A DNA stretch of 28,306 nucleotides from Priapulus caudatus (taxonomy: Eukaryota), in assembly GCF_000485595.1 (NCBI RefSeq), contig NW_014577068.1, positions 308,626-336,931 on the forward strand, read 5' to 3'. The first letter of the stretch is position 1, and every line of letters begins with the position of its first letter. Below the pieces are notes generated by a model. It did not search any database and was not told the DNA's origin. It was given only the letters and a program-made list of their open reading frames with translations. The position numbers and the translations under genes are program-made. Shown in pieces: positions 13,561 to 25,200 of the stretch.

Positions 13561-14006
13561 ACACAGCTCGGTTACGAACACAGACAGTATGTTTTTATAA
13601 CAAGTGAACACTGTTCTTCAAATAGAAACAAAGATGGAGTAGAATGGTTGAATATTTGTGTTGTATTCGTATGACATCAAGCGAGCGTCAAGCGAATTTT
13701 GGCAGCACGCTTTCCTACCTGCTATATATTTACGTGTCAGTGTGCAGGAGCTAGCGTGCGGCGTACTTGTATGTTGCAGATGAGCATTTGACCGGCATTT
13801 ACAGGTGATTATAGGCGAAATAGAATAGAGAAACATTAAGACTTTGTTAGTAAATACATTTCGTGTTTATTTACCTTTTTTTTTATTGAGACGTTTCAAG
13901 TGACTGTGTCATAATATACCCTAAAATTCTAGGGTATAGTATCTCTTTAATAAAACTATCTATGCTATTGTACCTATTTGGCACTGTTGTATATTTTTAT
14001 TTACAG

Positions 14007-16231
14007 GTGGTCACAGGTGGACAGTATGATGTTGATATGACATTGGAGGCACCTAATAAAGCTTTCCTGCACAAAGTTGCTCGCAAGCAGTATGACTCCT
14101 TCTCATGGCAAGCCACGATTCGAGGCACTTACACTGGTATGTGCATCATCATTGTTTCATGTTTAAACTTGTTTGAATTTATTCGGTCTTTTAACTCGAT
14201 CTATACAAGAATTATTTAAGTGGAAAATGTTGTCAGACCTAAGATAGACTGAGTTTTTGCAGATGTTTAATGATTGCTTTAACAGATACTATTTGAACTA
14301 TGTTTTAACAGATAATTTCTATTGCTCTAAATGTCATGAGTCAAAAGCTGTCTTGATATGTAGTATCAGGGTTATTTTAATTTGTTTTTTAGTGTGCTTC
14401 AGCAATGAAATGTCTACTTTTACACATAAAGTAGTATATATGGATTTCATTGTGGGAGATGAACCAACCATAATTCCAGGCAAATCACCTCATATTGCTA
14501 CAGCAATGACACAGGTAATCTAGAGAAGTGTCTATAGTAAGAAAGTAATTTCATCACGTGTAAGGGAAATAACTACACACAGGGGTCTACCCTAAAACTT
14601 CAGAAGGCATGTCATTTATGGACAGATGGGAGAGGGGGTTAGGAGGGGGTGTACCAGAGAGGCTTGAGTCAGCTACGTGCATGTGTCACAATCGGCCCGA
14701 TACACAGATAAACTCAATCAGTTTAGAGATGTATACATCAAGACGTGAATACATAAATACAGCTGGAAATTAAGACATTTGGAAGATTTATGGGATGTTG
14801 CAAATTAGCTTCAGCTTTGAAGACATGTCAGAGGCAATGTGCAATTAAAGGCATGGAGAGAAATCGGACACAGTTAGATGTTTAAGGATACTCTCCATCT
14901 TTTGCATGATTATTGCTCTAATGAAGATTAAACGTTGATTGACGAATGAATCAAATCAATCACACGTTTTATTTATAGAGGAGATATATCTCTATGCTCA
15001 GAGAATATTTCATTAAATTTCTTGCACCTAATTATGTTACCACACAAATTTTGATTTTTTATGTAAAAATTGTATTTTGGATATTTCTCAATTACCACAA
15101 AGAGTGAGGAAGCAAAATTTTCGCCACAGGTTAAGCACAATATATGTACCAAAATAGCGCATCAGGGTTTTTCTTTAAAGGTAGTTTCCCTCGAACTTTC
15201 CACGTAAATTTGTGTAACAAACCACCGTAAAAACGTCAGTAAATAACTCGCTACACTTTAACTGAACGTTAGCTTTGAAAATAAAACTGTAAAAATATCA
15301 AGAGCGTATAAAGAAGGAGAGCGTACAACGGTGAAATGCTGAAACCATGTTGCAGTATTAGTCGAATTAATAAACTTTCCCCGTTTTATTTTGACGATTA
15401 TTTGTATTATTGATCAGCTGTCCTACCTTGTTAATATAAAACAAACCGCATGTCCCTACGATGCCCCTACGCTGAGATAATGAGCAGTGAAAATCTGGTA
15501 TTTTCACCGAAAACCGACTCGAGATCACTTTTTATTGTGATTGTCTCTCGCTTTGTGGCCAGTGTATTGCTTCCGGTCGCCGCTGTGTAGCGCCATGGTA
15601 GCGCTGACTCACGTCAGTACTATAGAGTTTAATATACATCCAGCGTGAGGTGAGCACAGGGAAGGGGGGGGGGTCATCACTATGGCAATCAATAACAGAC
15701 GTCATTCATTCCATTTGTCAATCAACTTCGGGAAACATGCGAGGTTTCCCGAAGTTATCTCAAACTAGTGCTGTGCGTCGGATCCGACATGAACCAAAAA
15801 TCCGATCCGACAGCATTTTTGAAAATCCGAATCCGAATCCGAATCCGATGGCTATTTTGAATCCCATCCGAATCCGAATCCGATGGCAGTTTTTGAATCC
15901 GAATCCGAATCCGAATCCGATGTGTATCGCTAAATCTGATCCGAAATCCGATCCGAAATCCGACCCGAATCCGGAACATAGAAATTGTAAATAGTGTGAC
16001 AGCATTGTGTAAAATTCGTGTTATAATTTGTTTCAACATCAAACTTTGGGTTGTTGAGATCAAGGGATGGGGTGAAGGAGGACTGTAGACGAAAGAAAAG
16101 TTAGAGAACGGGATGATCGGGAATCTGGAACGATAATCCATCCAACGTTGGTCCAACGGGCTTTTCGCTGAGCATGCCTGATCCCTACTGGTTCTCTCTC
16201 TCTGTCACACACACAACCCAAACACGCACAC

Positions 16232-16292
<61 letters not shown>

Positions 16293-16360
16293 GCACACAC
16301 ACAACACAAACACGCACACATCTCTCTCTCTCTCACACACGCACACATACACACGCGCAC

Positions 16361-16406
<46 letters not shown>

Positions 16407-16711
16407 ACACCGCCGCGGCAGCACACCTCTCTGGTTCTCTCTCTCTCTCTCTTTCTCTCAAACACACCGCACACACATCACACACACACACACACCACAC
16501 ACACCGCGCACACACACAACACAAACACGCACACACTCTCTCTCTCTCACACACGCACAGCATACACACTGCGCACACTCTCTCTCTCCTCTCTCTCTCT
16601 TCTCTCTCTCTCTCTCTCTCACACACACGCCGCGCTGCGCACACCTCTCTGCTTCTCTCTTTCTTCTCTCTCTTCTCTCTCTCTCTCCTCTCTCTCTCTC
16701 TCTACTCTCTT

Positions 16712-16805
<94 letters not shown>

Positions 16806-16970
16806 TCTCTTTTCTCTCTCTCTCTCCTCTCCTCTCTCTCTCTCTCTCTCTCTCCTCTCTCTCCAATCGTCTCTCTCTCTCGTCTCTCTCGGTCCACTCT
16901 CTCTCGGTCTCTCTCTCCTCTTACTCGCTGCTCTTCTCTCTCGCTCTCTCTCTCAATCTCTCTCTCTCCC

Positions 16971-17014
<44 letters not shown>

Positions 17015-17026
17015 TCTCTCTCTTCT

Positions 17027-17060
<34 letters not shown>

Positions 17061-17383
17061 CTCTTTCTCTCCCACAACACGAAACAACAAACACGTCTCA
17101 TTTCTCTCTCTCAACACACGCAGCTGCGCAGCCGGGCGGCGCGGCACCCTCTACTCTCAAGACTCATACACACTCCTCTCAGCGTCTCTCTCCTCTCAAA
17201 ACACAATCACACACACGCGCGCGCGCACACACACACACCTCTCTCTTTTCCTCTCTCTCTCTCTGACACATACACACTCCCTCTCTCGTTTCTCTCTCTC
17301 CCTCTCTCTCTTTCACACACACAACACAAACACGCACACCTCTCTCTCTCTCTCTGTCACACACACAACACAAACACGCACAC

Positions 17384-17414
<31 letters not shown>

Positions 17415-20400
17415 GCACACCTCTCTCTCTCTCTCTGACACATACACACTCCCTCTCTGGTTCTCTCTCTCTCTCTGTCACACACATAACACAAACACGC
17501 ACACTTCTCTCCCGATCCCGGCGATCCGAATCCGAATCCGACAGCATTTGGAAATCCGACTCCGAATCCGAATCCGACGACTAATTTGAATCCGAATCCG
17601 AATCCGAATCCGATTCTTTAATAATTGTAAAATCCGATCGGAATCCGAATCCGATCGAATCGATCGGATTCGGATTATCGATCCGACGCACAGCAACTAT
17701 CTCAAACTGGGAATATCCCTTTAAGTTTCATATTTAATAAGAAAAATGAAAAAACTGCTTAAAAATCAAGTTGTGTTAGAATTGAAAATTTCAGCGAATA
17801 AAGAGGCATAACTAATAAAATACGGCATTTAATAACAATCCCTGATGCTCTTTTTTACAGGATATGTTACCATTAAAACGAAGTGTAAAATTAACTTAAT
17901 CCGAGTTGTAATCACAGCNNNNNNNNNNNNNNNNNNNNNNNNNCAACTCCCTCTCCAAGTCCTCTCTCTCAAAACACAACACACACAGGCCGCGCGCGCG
18001 CACAACACACACACCACCTCTCTCTTTCTCTCTCTCTCTCTGACACATACACACTCCTCTCTCGTTCTCTCTCTCCTCTCTCTCTGTCATCACACACAAA
18101 CAAAACAACAGACCTCTCTCTCTCTCTCTGTCACACACACAACACAACACGCAAGCACTAACTCTGTCTCTCTTCTCTCACACAACACACACACGCACAC
18201 ACTCCTCTCTCTCTCTTCTCTGACACATACACACTCCCTCTCTGTCTGTGTTCTCTCTCTCTCTCTGTCACACACATAACACAAACACGCACACTTCTCT
18301 CCTGATCCGGCGATCCGAATCCGAATCCGACAGCATTTGGAAATCCGACTCCGAATCCGAATCCGACGACATAATTTGAATCCGAATCCGAATCCGAATC
18401 CGATTCTTTAATAATTGTAAAATCCGATCCGAATCCGAATCCGATCGGATTCGATCGGATTCGGATTATCGATCCGACGCACAGCAACTATCTCAAACTG
18501 GGAATATCCCTTTAAGTTTCATATTTAATAAGAAAAAATTGAAAAAACTGCTTAAAAATCAAGTTGTGTTAGAATGAAAATTTCCAGCGAATAAAGAGGC
18601 ATAACTAATAAAAATACGGCATTTAATAACAATCCCTGATGCTCTTTTTTACAGGAATATGTTACCATTAAAACGAGTGTAAAATTAAATTAATCCGAGT
18701 TGTAATCACAGAGTAATATCCATTTACTAGCGGGATACCCGGCGTTTCCCGGGGAAATCAGTGGCGTTACTTCAGCTGGTGAACGCGCTATGGTTAAAAG
18801 GAACAATACCGCAAAAAATCTAACTATTCTATCTATCCATGCATCCATCCATGCATCCATGCCCATCCATCCCGATTATATCCCATATCATTCCCATCCG
18901 CATGCGCGCATCCCATCCCATCCCATCCCATCCCAAACAGTAAAAAATAATAAAAATAATAAAAATAAAAAATAAATTAAAAAAATAATAAGTTAAATGA
19001 ATTAAAAATTAAAAATAATACATACTAAAGAGGTAGGTAGGTAAAGGGAAAAAGGAAAAAAGGGGAAAATAAGTTCCCCAGCTGGGACTCGAACCTGGAA
19101 TCCCGGTGTAGGAAACGGATGTTCTAGCGATTAGGCCACTGCGCCGTTAAGGGTATACACCATAGATTCACACGTACGTGATGTTAATCTGTAGGCACCA
19201 CCATCTATTGATGAATAGAATTTTTTATCAATTTTTAACTTTAACTTTTTTATATTTTTGTTAACCACCTTCTACCTTCCACCTTCCAGACCTTCCAGAC
19301 GTGCTGATTCTGAAAATATCTTTAGTTTTCCTCTAGGCTGCGGAGTTCTCTAGTTATGCGAGTATGGACTAATTTGGCTGAACAACTTTATATATATATA
19401 GATAGATACATCAGCTACTATGTCAGAAATCGAAACGGAGAAATTAGCGTTTTTCTATTTTTCACAATAATCGACCGCCTGTGTGCAAAATGGTTGAACG
19501 TATGTGAAACATCTACTGTTACTGTTCGTACTTACTGTGACATATCCATGACTAACTGACACCACTAAATTGGTAATGTGTTCCATGCACCTTGAGAAAT
19601 TACGAGGTTACCACCGCACTTTCATGCAAAACGCGCGTACGATATGTACTGCATGCCGTTACCAAGCTATGTGTCAACAAACACGCGCCTAAATGCAAGG
19701 TGTGTAACAAGGGAAAGGGGGCTATTTTCGGTCGCGCGGCAATTTCAACTATCACTAGCAAGATGACAGCTGTAGGAGGGTTGATGCTGAATGATACTGG
19801 CTTAGTGAATATCATGAAAATTCTGGTTGTATCATGTCTCTGACGTCATCAGTGACGTCAGCTGCTGCTCACTACACGTGTACGTGGGCAATCAAAACGC
19901 TCTAAAAGTTCACATGTACCGACAGTACCGTTACATGGAGAAATGAGCATATACAGAGGTGGCACATAGTGTTAGCCATCGAATAAAGTTGAAAATTAAA
20001 AATCTGTAAAACTTTGCCTAAAACCTTGAGAGTATCCTTAAATGATACTGTAAATTTGTATACTGTATAATTGTGTATATTGCCGTTTCAACATACAATA
20101 TGCCTCAGTACAAATCATGAATATGTGCCAATTTTGAAACTTCACGTCTGCTAAAATTCCAAATCAAAATCCACATTCTTATTATCTATTCCTAGCTAAG
20201 ACATTCTTGAGAAGGCACATGTGAGACAAAAACATGTTTTTTTTTGGCCTTTTCAGATGGAGGTTTCATCAGCTACAGTGCACGAATCATTGAAGGTGGT
20301 GATAGACTACCAGACACATCACAGATTGCGAGAAGCTCAGGGCAGAAGGCGAGCGGAAGGTCTCAATGACAGAGTGATGTGGTGGTCTATTGGAGTTACT

Positions 20401-20493
20401 GTCGTCATTGTTGTTGTTATGGTGGGTCAAGTGTTACTACTAAGAAGCTTTTTTAGTGAGAAGCATGCACATCATCTTTACCAGCAGACGTGA
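14007..20493 (+). CDS. TMED7: Transmembrane emp24 domain (p24 gamma subfamily, TMED3/TMED7-like) cargo receptor. Visible exons 14007-14136, 14393-14514, 20257-20493; first coding exon not found.
   Basis: Spliced in frame (130+122+237 nt, GT-AG): [68 protein letters not shown]...[59 protein letters not shown]...QQT*. GOLD domain, coiled coil, TM helix and FF tail. TMED3 versus TMED7 cannot be separated by eye. Confidence 0.92.
16192..17510. repeat. Compound (CT)n/(CA)n microsatellite with higher-order repeat blocks
   Basis: Directly visible; recurring block TCTCTCTGTCACACACACAACACAAACACGCACACC. Confidence 0.95.
17919..17943. other. Assembly gap flanked by a near-identical ~760-bp duplication (~17168-17918 vs 17944-18711)
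   Basis: Run of N. Both sides contain the same hAT right end, TSD and ~210 bp of flank, differing mostly by small indels. Confidence 0.9.
18727..19402 (-). mobile_element. Non-autonomous Helitron (~676 bp)
   Basis: The minus strand starts A|TCTATATATATATAAAG and ends with hairpin CCCGG-GAAACG-CCGGG, 7 nt, then CTAG|T. Inserted in an AT dinucleotide with no TSD. Internal (TCCA)n/(ATCCC)n microsatellite at ~18830-18934. The 5' end could alternatively be 19406. Confidence 0.85.
19074..19145 (-). pseudogene. tRNA-Arg(CCT)-derived sequence (pseudo-tRNA or SINE-like head) inside the Helitron
   Basis: Minus strand GGCGCAGTGGCCTAATCGCTAGAACATCCGTTTCCTACACCGGGATTCCAGGTTCGAGTCCCAGCTGGGGAA. A-box-like TGGCCTAATCG, B box GGTTCGAGTCC, TCCTA at the anticodon position; collinear with metazoan tRNA-Arg-CCT as I recall it. 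Stems are imperfect. T runs follow. Confidence 0.65.
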
Positions 20494-22276
20494 GTGGTTG
20501 AGTGCCTCAGAGCACGTGTTCCTGTTTTCATGCAACAATTTGCCATTTTACTTTTCACCACCTCCAAATAGCTATTCTGGCACATATTTGTACATACTCT
20601 ATTCATGGTCATCCATGAGGAAATTGAACCCCCTTGGATATTTCTGTAAGGTGCTTGACAGACATCACATTGGCAAGACACGAGGCATCATGCATAGGAA
20701 ACGTTTCTGTCTTTAATGACCCGTGAGTTAAAAGGTGATTGTGCTAAAAAGCAAATGTATTAGTGGGGTGAACATTACATTCTAACCTTGGTACAAAGGA
20801 TGCACTGTTCAATGTCTATCAAGAACGGGGCATATTTGAAAAGAACAACAAATTTAGGAAATGAAAGCTTAATGGAATTTCTCATTTTTCATAAAACCAT
20901 TCCTTTGGTGAAACGAGAATTTTTCCTGTCTAGTTAATTGCTCCCATTAAGTCAGTAGTAGTTGGCTATATTTAAGGCTTAGTGTTTGATACCAGATTTC
21001 CGCCATCGTGCGATAGCTCTTTATTCACACACTTGTATAATTAGGATGATAATAGCATCACATTTGAGCTTATGAGCAAAGGCAGTGCCTTTTATGCAAC
21101 AGGTGCTAGGACCATGACCAGTCGTTTGTTTTGCACATATAAACAGCGTGTAGCCATTCATGGTGTGAAACCTATTGAAGAAATAGCATGTTGGGTCAAT
21201 AAAAGTAAACTGCTCAGCAAGTGTATTGGCAAATTAAGCAGTTTTTCAGTGATTAACCCAAGTTGGTGTAAGCCAAATCTTGAGACTTTTTCATTATAGT
21301 AACCCACCCTAGCAATGCAAGAGTAGGTATAAGTAGGTCGACCAAGAGTAAGCATCATGACAGTTGTATACACGCATAAAAATGATAAACAAATAAGTTT
21401 GTTTTTTTGTTTTTATTGTGATTTGTGCTAGGTCACTTGGGTTTTGGCAAATACAAAATTCCTTTATTAAGGGTAACATACTCTTTAGCTATAACAACAA
21501 ATAGAATGTGAGAGAATATTAAAACTTAACACTAGGCAGCATGTGGAACCATAGCTTACTGCTGTTCTGAAAGTATTATGGTTCTGTCATATAAAGCTGC
21601 CCAGCCAAGTATTAGATTTTGCATATTGTTGACATAGTTCTCTCACACATAAAGTACAAGTGGAACCTGTGTCTAAACTTTGTTTTGTTACTTGCATTTT
21701 TACTCTCACTTGGGAGTGCTATAGTACACAATGAAATATGTGCAATGCATTTCAATGAGTGTACATGTCAAAGAAAGGTTTTGAAATATGTCTTCAGTTT
21801 CGCATATATCCTCGTGTTATCTACACAGCGACTTAGTTTATCTAAGAACAAGATGTGAATAATCAATAGTTAATGAAGAAATACTGATTGTAAGTAACCA
21901 AGAAGTAACAATAGGATTACATAGAATTTTTGTAACCAAGTTTTACAGGTAATAAATGGTATTAACACGTGTAAAATACTAAAGTGTCATTGACTAATTA
22001 TTAAACATAGATACAGGGCATTTGTTACAATGACAGCTGCATGTGTGGTATATGATAAATTGAGAAGTGGTAGCCAAAACAGTTATGCAATATGACATTT
22101 AATACAATTCAAGCTTAAAATTAATGTCATTTTTACTTTAAATAGAGTAAAAAAAGGAAGGGTAATATTTTTCATTAATATGTAAATAGTATCAACTGTA
22201 AACACAGTACAACATTTCTTCTGTTTTGTGCAATAACCCATCTGATATTGCAGTATATTTGATAGACAGACTAACT

Positions 22277-25200
22277 TTATTCTACCACACGTTGCACATG
22301 CAGTCTGTCTTTTAGCATTAAAAAGTTCTCCATTTTATAGTCAAATTCTATTTCTCGTTCCCTTGGGCATTGGTATTGGATTGTCATGTGTTGCCCAAGA
22401 TAGCCAATAAGGTTGCACTGGTCCTCGTACTTCTGTAAGAGATGCCTATACTTCTGTTTCACATAGTCTGAATTTTTTGGGTTGAATGCTGAAACAAAAC
22501 CAGGTGTAACTGAGTAAATGCCTCAATAAATGTTTAAATAAACCGATAATCACCAGAATGATTGTTATAATTGCAATTCAGTTATGGTCAAAATGGAAAT
22601 AGTTTTAACAAATAATTTATAATTTCATTCAGTATTACTGTGTGTTGCTGATGTTACATGTACTCACGTACCACGACATACACCTACTAAAAATCACCCA
22701 TATTCAAATCCCTTGGCCATAAAATATATGGTATGGTATGATATAGAAAACTATTACCACTCATGTATTCTCAATAGGTAGGTTATATTACCTGATGTGG
22801 AAATGAGTTTCATCAATAAAGATGAATGAAAGATGTCAAATTAAAGTGTACACATTTGACTGCAATATTATACATGCATGACTAACAAATGTTTTGAGTA
22901 TTCATCATTATTTAATCATGCATATATAATAAGCATATTTGGACTATATATGTAATTATGTACGTGGTCATACATAATTTCGAGACAAATTTAAATAGTC
23001 TTGTATTGTTGCAAATAATACAAGACACTGGCTGAGTAACTGCATACCTTTTAGATGATAAGCAACATATATTAAAGCTGACACTGTAGGATCTTGAAAT
23101 GGGAACTTTGGTTTGAAGGTGCCAACTGCAGTCAATGCCTTGATGATTGCATGTGACACACACTGCTCCAGGTATCCCAGCATGGGTAGACCAGTGACAA
23201 CCAGTGGTTGCTTCAGAGGTGGCAACTTATGTGGAAGAACTGCTGATGAATATCTCTCTGGCAGCCTTCGCACAACAAAAACGTCTGCGATGTGGTATTA
23301 TGATAAGAAACAAAAGTGTACTGGTATCTTACTTAAATAATAAGAGTTTAATAAATTAATAATATAATAATATATACTTAATCAATTCATCTAGATTGCC
23401 CTGGACACCATTTTATCTCATCACCTTAAAAACTTTTCCAAACATTGCTCTGATGTGAATAGGAAAAGTTTGTCATCATATGTTACGGCTAGGTCTTGGG
23501 AACCAGGAACCAGAGCTTCGTATCTGTAAGGGTAAAAGCACATTGAGAGCAACATTTTTCTCAATATAACTATGTAAGTGAGTTTCGAAGAATAGCAATT
23601 AAAAGCATTGATATTGTGATGACATGGCGAACGTGTTACAACACATCGCTCGGCGGTGTTGCATCATTTAAGCTGTGCCATCGAGGCGGATCGGTCGACT
23701 GGACGGCGGGATTAGGCATTTGTGAAACGTACTTGAGGTTTCCGTCAATATAGGTCACAGGACAGAAGCCTTGCAGGTCAGCTTGCTTTGGGAACATCTG
23801 CTTTACATCAACTAAACTTTTCCTCTGAGGAAGAAGGTGTGCAGGTGGGAGGGTTCGGGATGTAGATGGCGGCACAAATCTCTCCGGATCTGCGAGAAAC
23901 TGCTGCAACTTCTCTGCTGAAGCCATCTTGTAGTACCTGCCTTTGTACTCGGCTGCAAACCTCAGTCCATCATTTGCTATAGGTTAATTTGAATAAAAAA
24001 AAAATTAAATTTAATAATAAAGTATACAGCAGAATCAGGTGTGAAAAAACAAAACATTGGAAAAAATTCTCATTAACCAATGAAGACATTTTTTTTATTA
24101 AACTTGTTAGAATTAAAGATGAAAATATGCTCTTGACTTTGGCTAGAGTTTCCTGTTTGAAACGTAGATGTTGCTTAACAAGGTGTCACCTGAACAATCG
24201 ATGAGTTGCCCATCCTCTGCCAGGCTCACTGGACAGTAATACTGAAATTCTCCAAGCTTCTGTTTAAACTCTTTTGGTCGTATACACATTCCTGATATGG
24301 ATGCTGAGCAACCTAGATGTGATTTAATGAAATGATACGATCTAGTATATTGCATAACTAAAAATCACAAAGAACTGTGGATGATAAATATAATAATAGA
24401 AAAGCAATATTCCTCTGTGGCCTGACCTCCTTTTTTATACCTTTTCCAGTCAGATGCAGGTAATCTTCTAGCTGCTTTACTGAACTTTGCGCCAATTCGA
24501 CAGCATGTCTCCACACCCACCATTTGGATCGTTCCCCATCAATGGCTTCCCAGTTATTATGCTCCTCCTGATACCAACTCTGCACACTAGACAGCTGCTT
24601 TTGTGACTCCACGATGCGCATAGCGAGAATTTTCGCGCTGTCATGCAGTGGCAGCATCCTAAATAATGTAAACAGTATTAATATATCAAAATGAAAAACT
24701 AATGAAATTCTGCCCCAAGACGTATCAAGAATCTTTCCAAAAACTAGAAAGGGCAGTTGTCGCCAACTACATGTATCACCCGTGTTCTCCCCAAGATGTG
24801 TAAGTATACGAAGTTTGGTCGCGCTAGGTCAATTAGAGGCCGAGTTATAGAGCGGAAGGGAAATATGATGAAGGTCAAGGTCAAGGTCAATGTCAAATAA
24901 AGGTTGCAGCAACCTGGTTTCGGTATGCGACACCATCTCCCCAAGATGTGTAAGTATACCAAGTTTGGTCGCGCTAGGTCAATTAGGGGCCGAGTTACAG
25001 AGCGGAAGGGAAATATGATCAAGGTCAAGGTAAAGGTCAAATAAAGGTCGTAGTGACCTGGCTTTGGTACGCGACACACCTCTCCCCAAGATGTGTAAGT
25101 ATACCAAGTTTGGTAGTGCTAGGTCAATTAGGGGCCGAGTTATAGAGGGGAAGAGAAATATGATCAAGGTCAAGGTAAAGGTCAAATAAAGGTCGTAGTG

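Larger units (their letters stand above)
15766..18490. mobile_element. hAT-type MITE with subterminal (AATCCG)n arrays and an internal CT/CA microsatellite; right end present twice (17699 and 18490)
   Basis: TIR TAGTGCTGTGCGTCGGATC / GATCCGACGCACAGCAACTA. 8-bp TSD TCTCAAAC at 15758-15765, 17700-17707 and 18491-18498. GAATCC hexamer arrays at ~15800-15975, ~17520-17680 and ~18310-18470. Confidence 0.85.
14886..20037. mobile_element. Non-autonomous Kolobok-like element in the last TMED intron, hosting nested insertions (~1.75 kb after removing them)
   Basis: TTAA|GGATACTCTC ... GAGAGTATCC|TTAA: perfect 10-bp TIR with 5'-RR...YY-3' termini and TTAA TSD (14882-14885, 20038-20041). This fits Kolobok rather than piggyBac (YY...RR). 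Confidence 0.7.

Noticed and set aside
13915..13938. 9-bp hairpin TATACCCTA/TAGGGTATA
   Set aside because: Too short and AT-rich to distinguish from chance or an unclassifiable MITE scar.
16174..17589. 471-aa ORF and overlapping ER/CV-repeat ORFs
   Set aside because: They are translations of CT/CA microsatellite and AATCCG repeats inside a MITE, which lack stops for compositional reasons.
19074..19145. Functional tRNA-Arg gene
   Set aside because: Acceptor, D and anticodon stems are mispaired, the conserved D-loop GG is lost, and it sits inside a Helitron.
23612..23720. GC-rich intronic patch with GTGATGA and a small hairpin, as a possible C/D snoRNA
   Set aside because: The box C-like motif is on the strand opposite the AK9 transcript, and no matching box D or terminal stem was seen.
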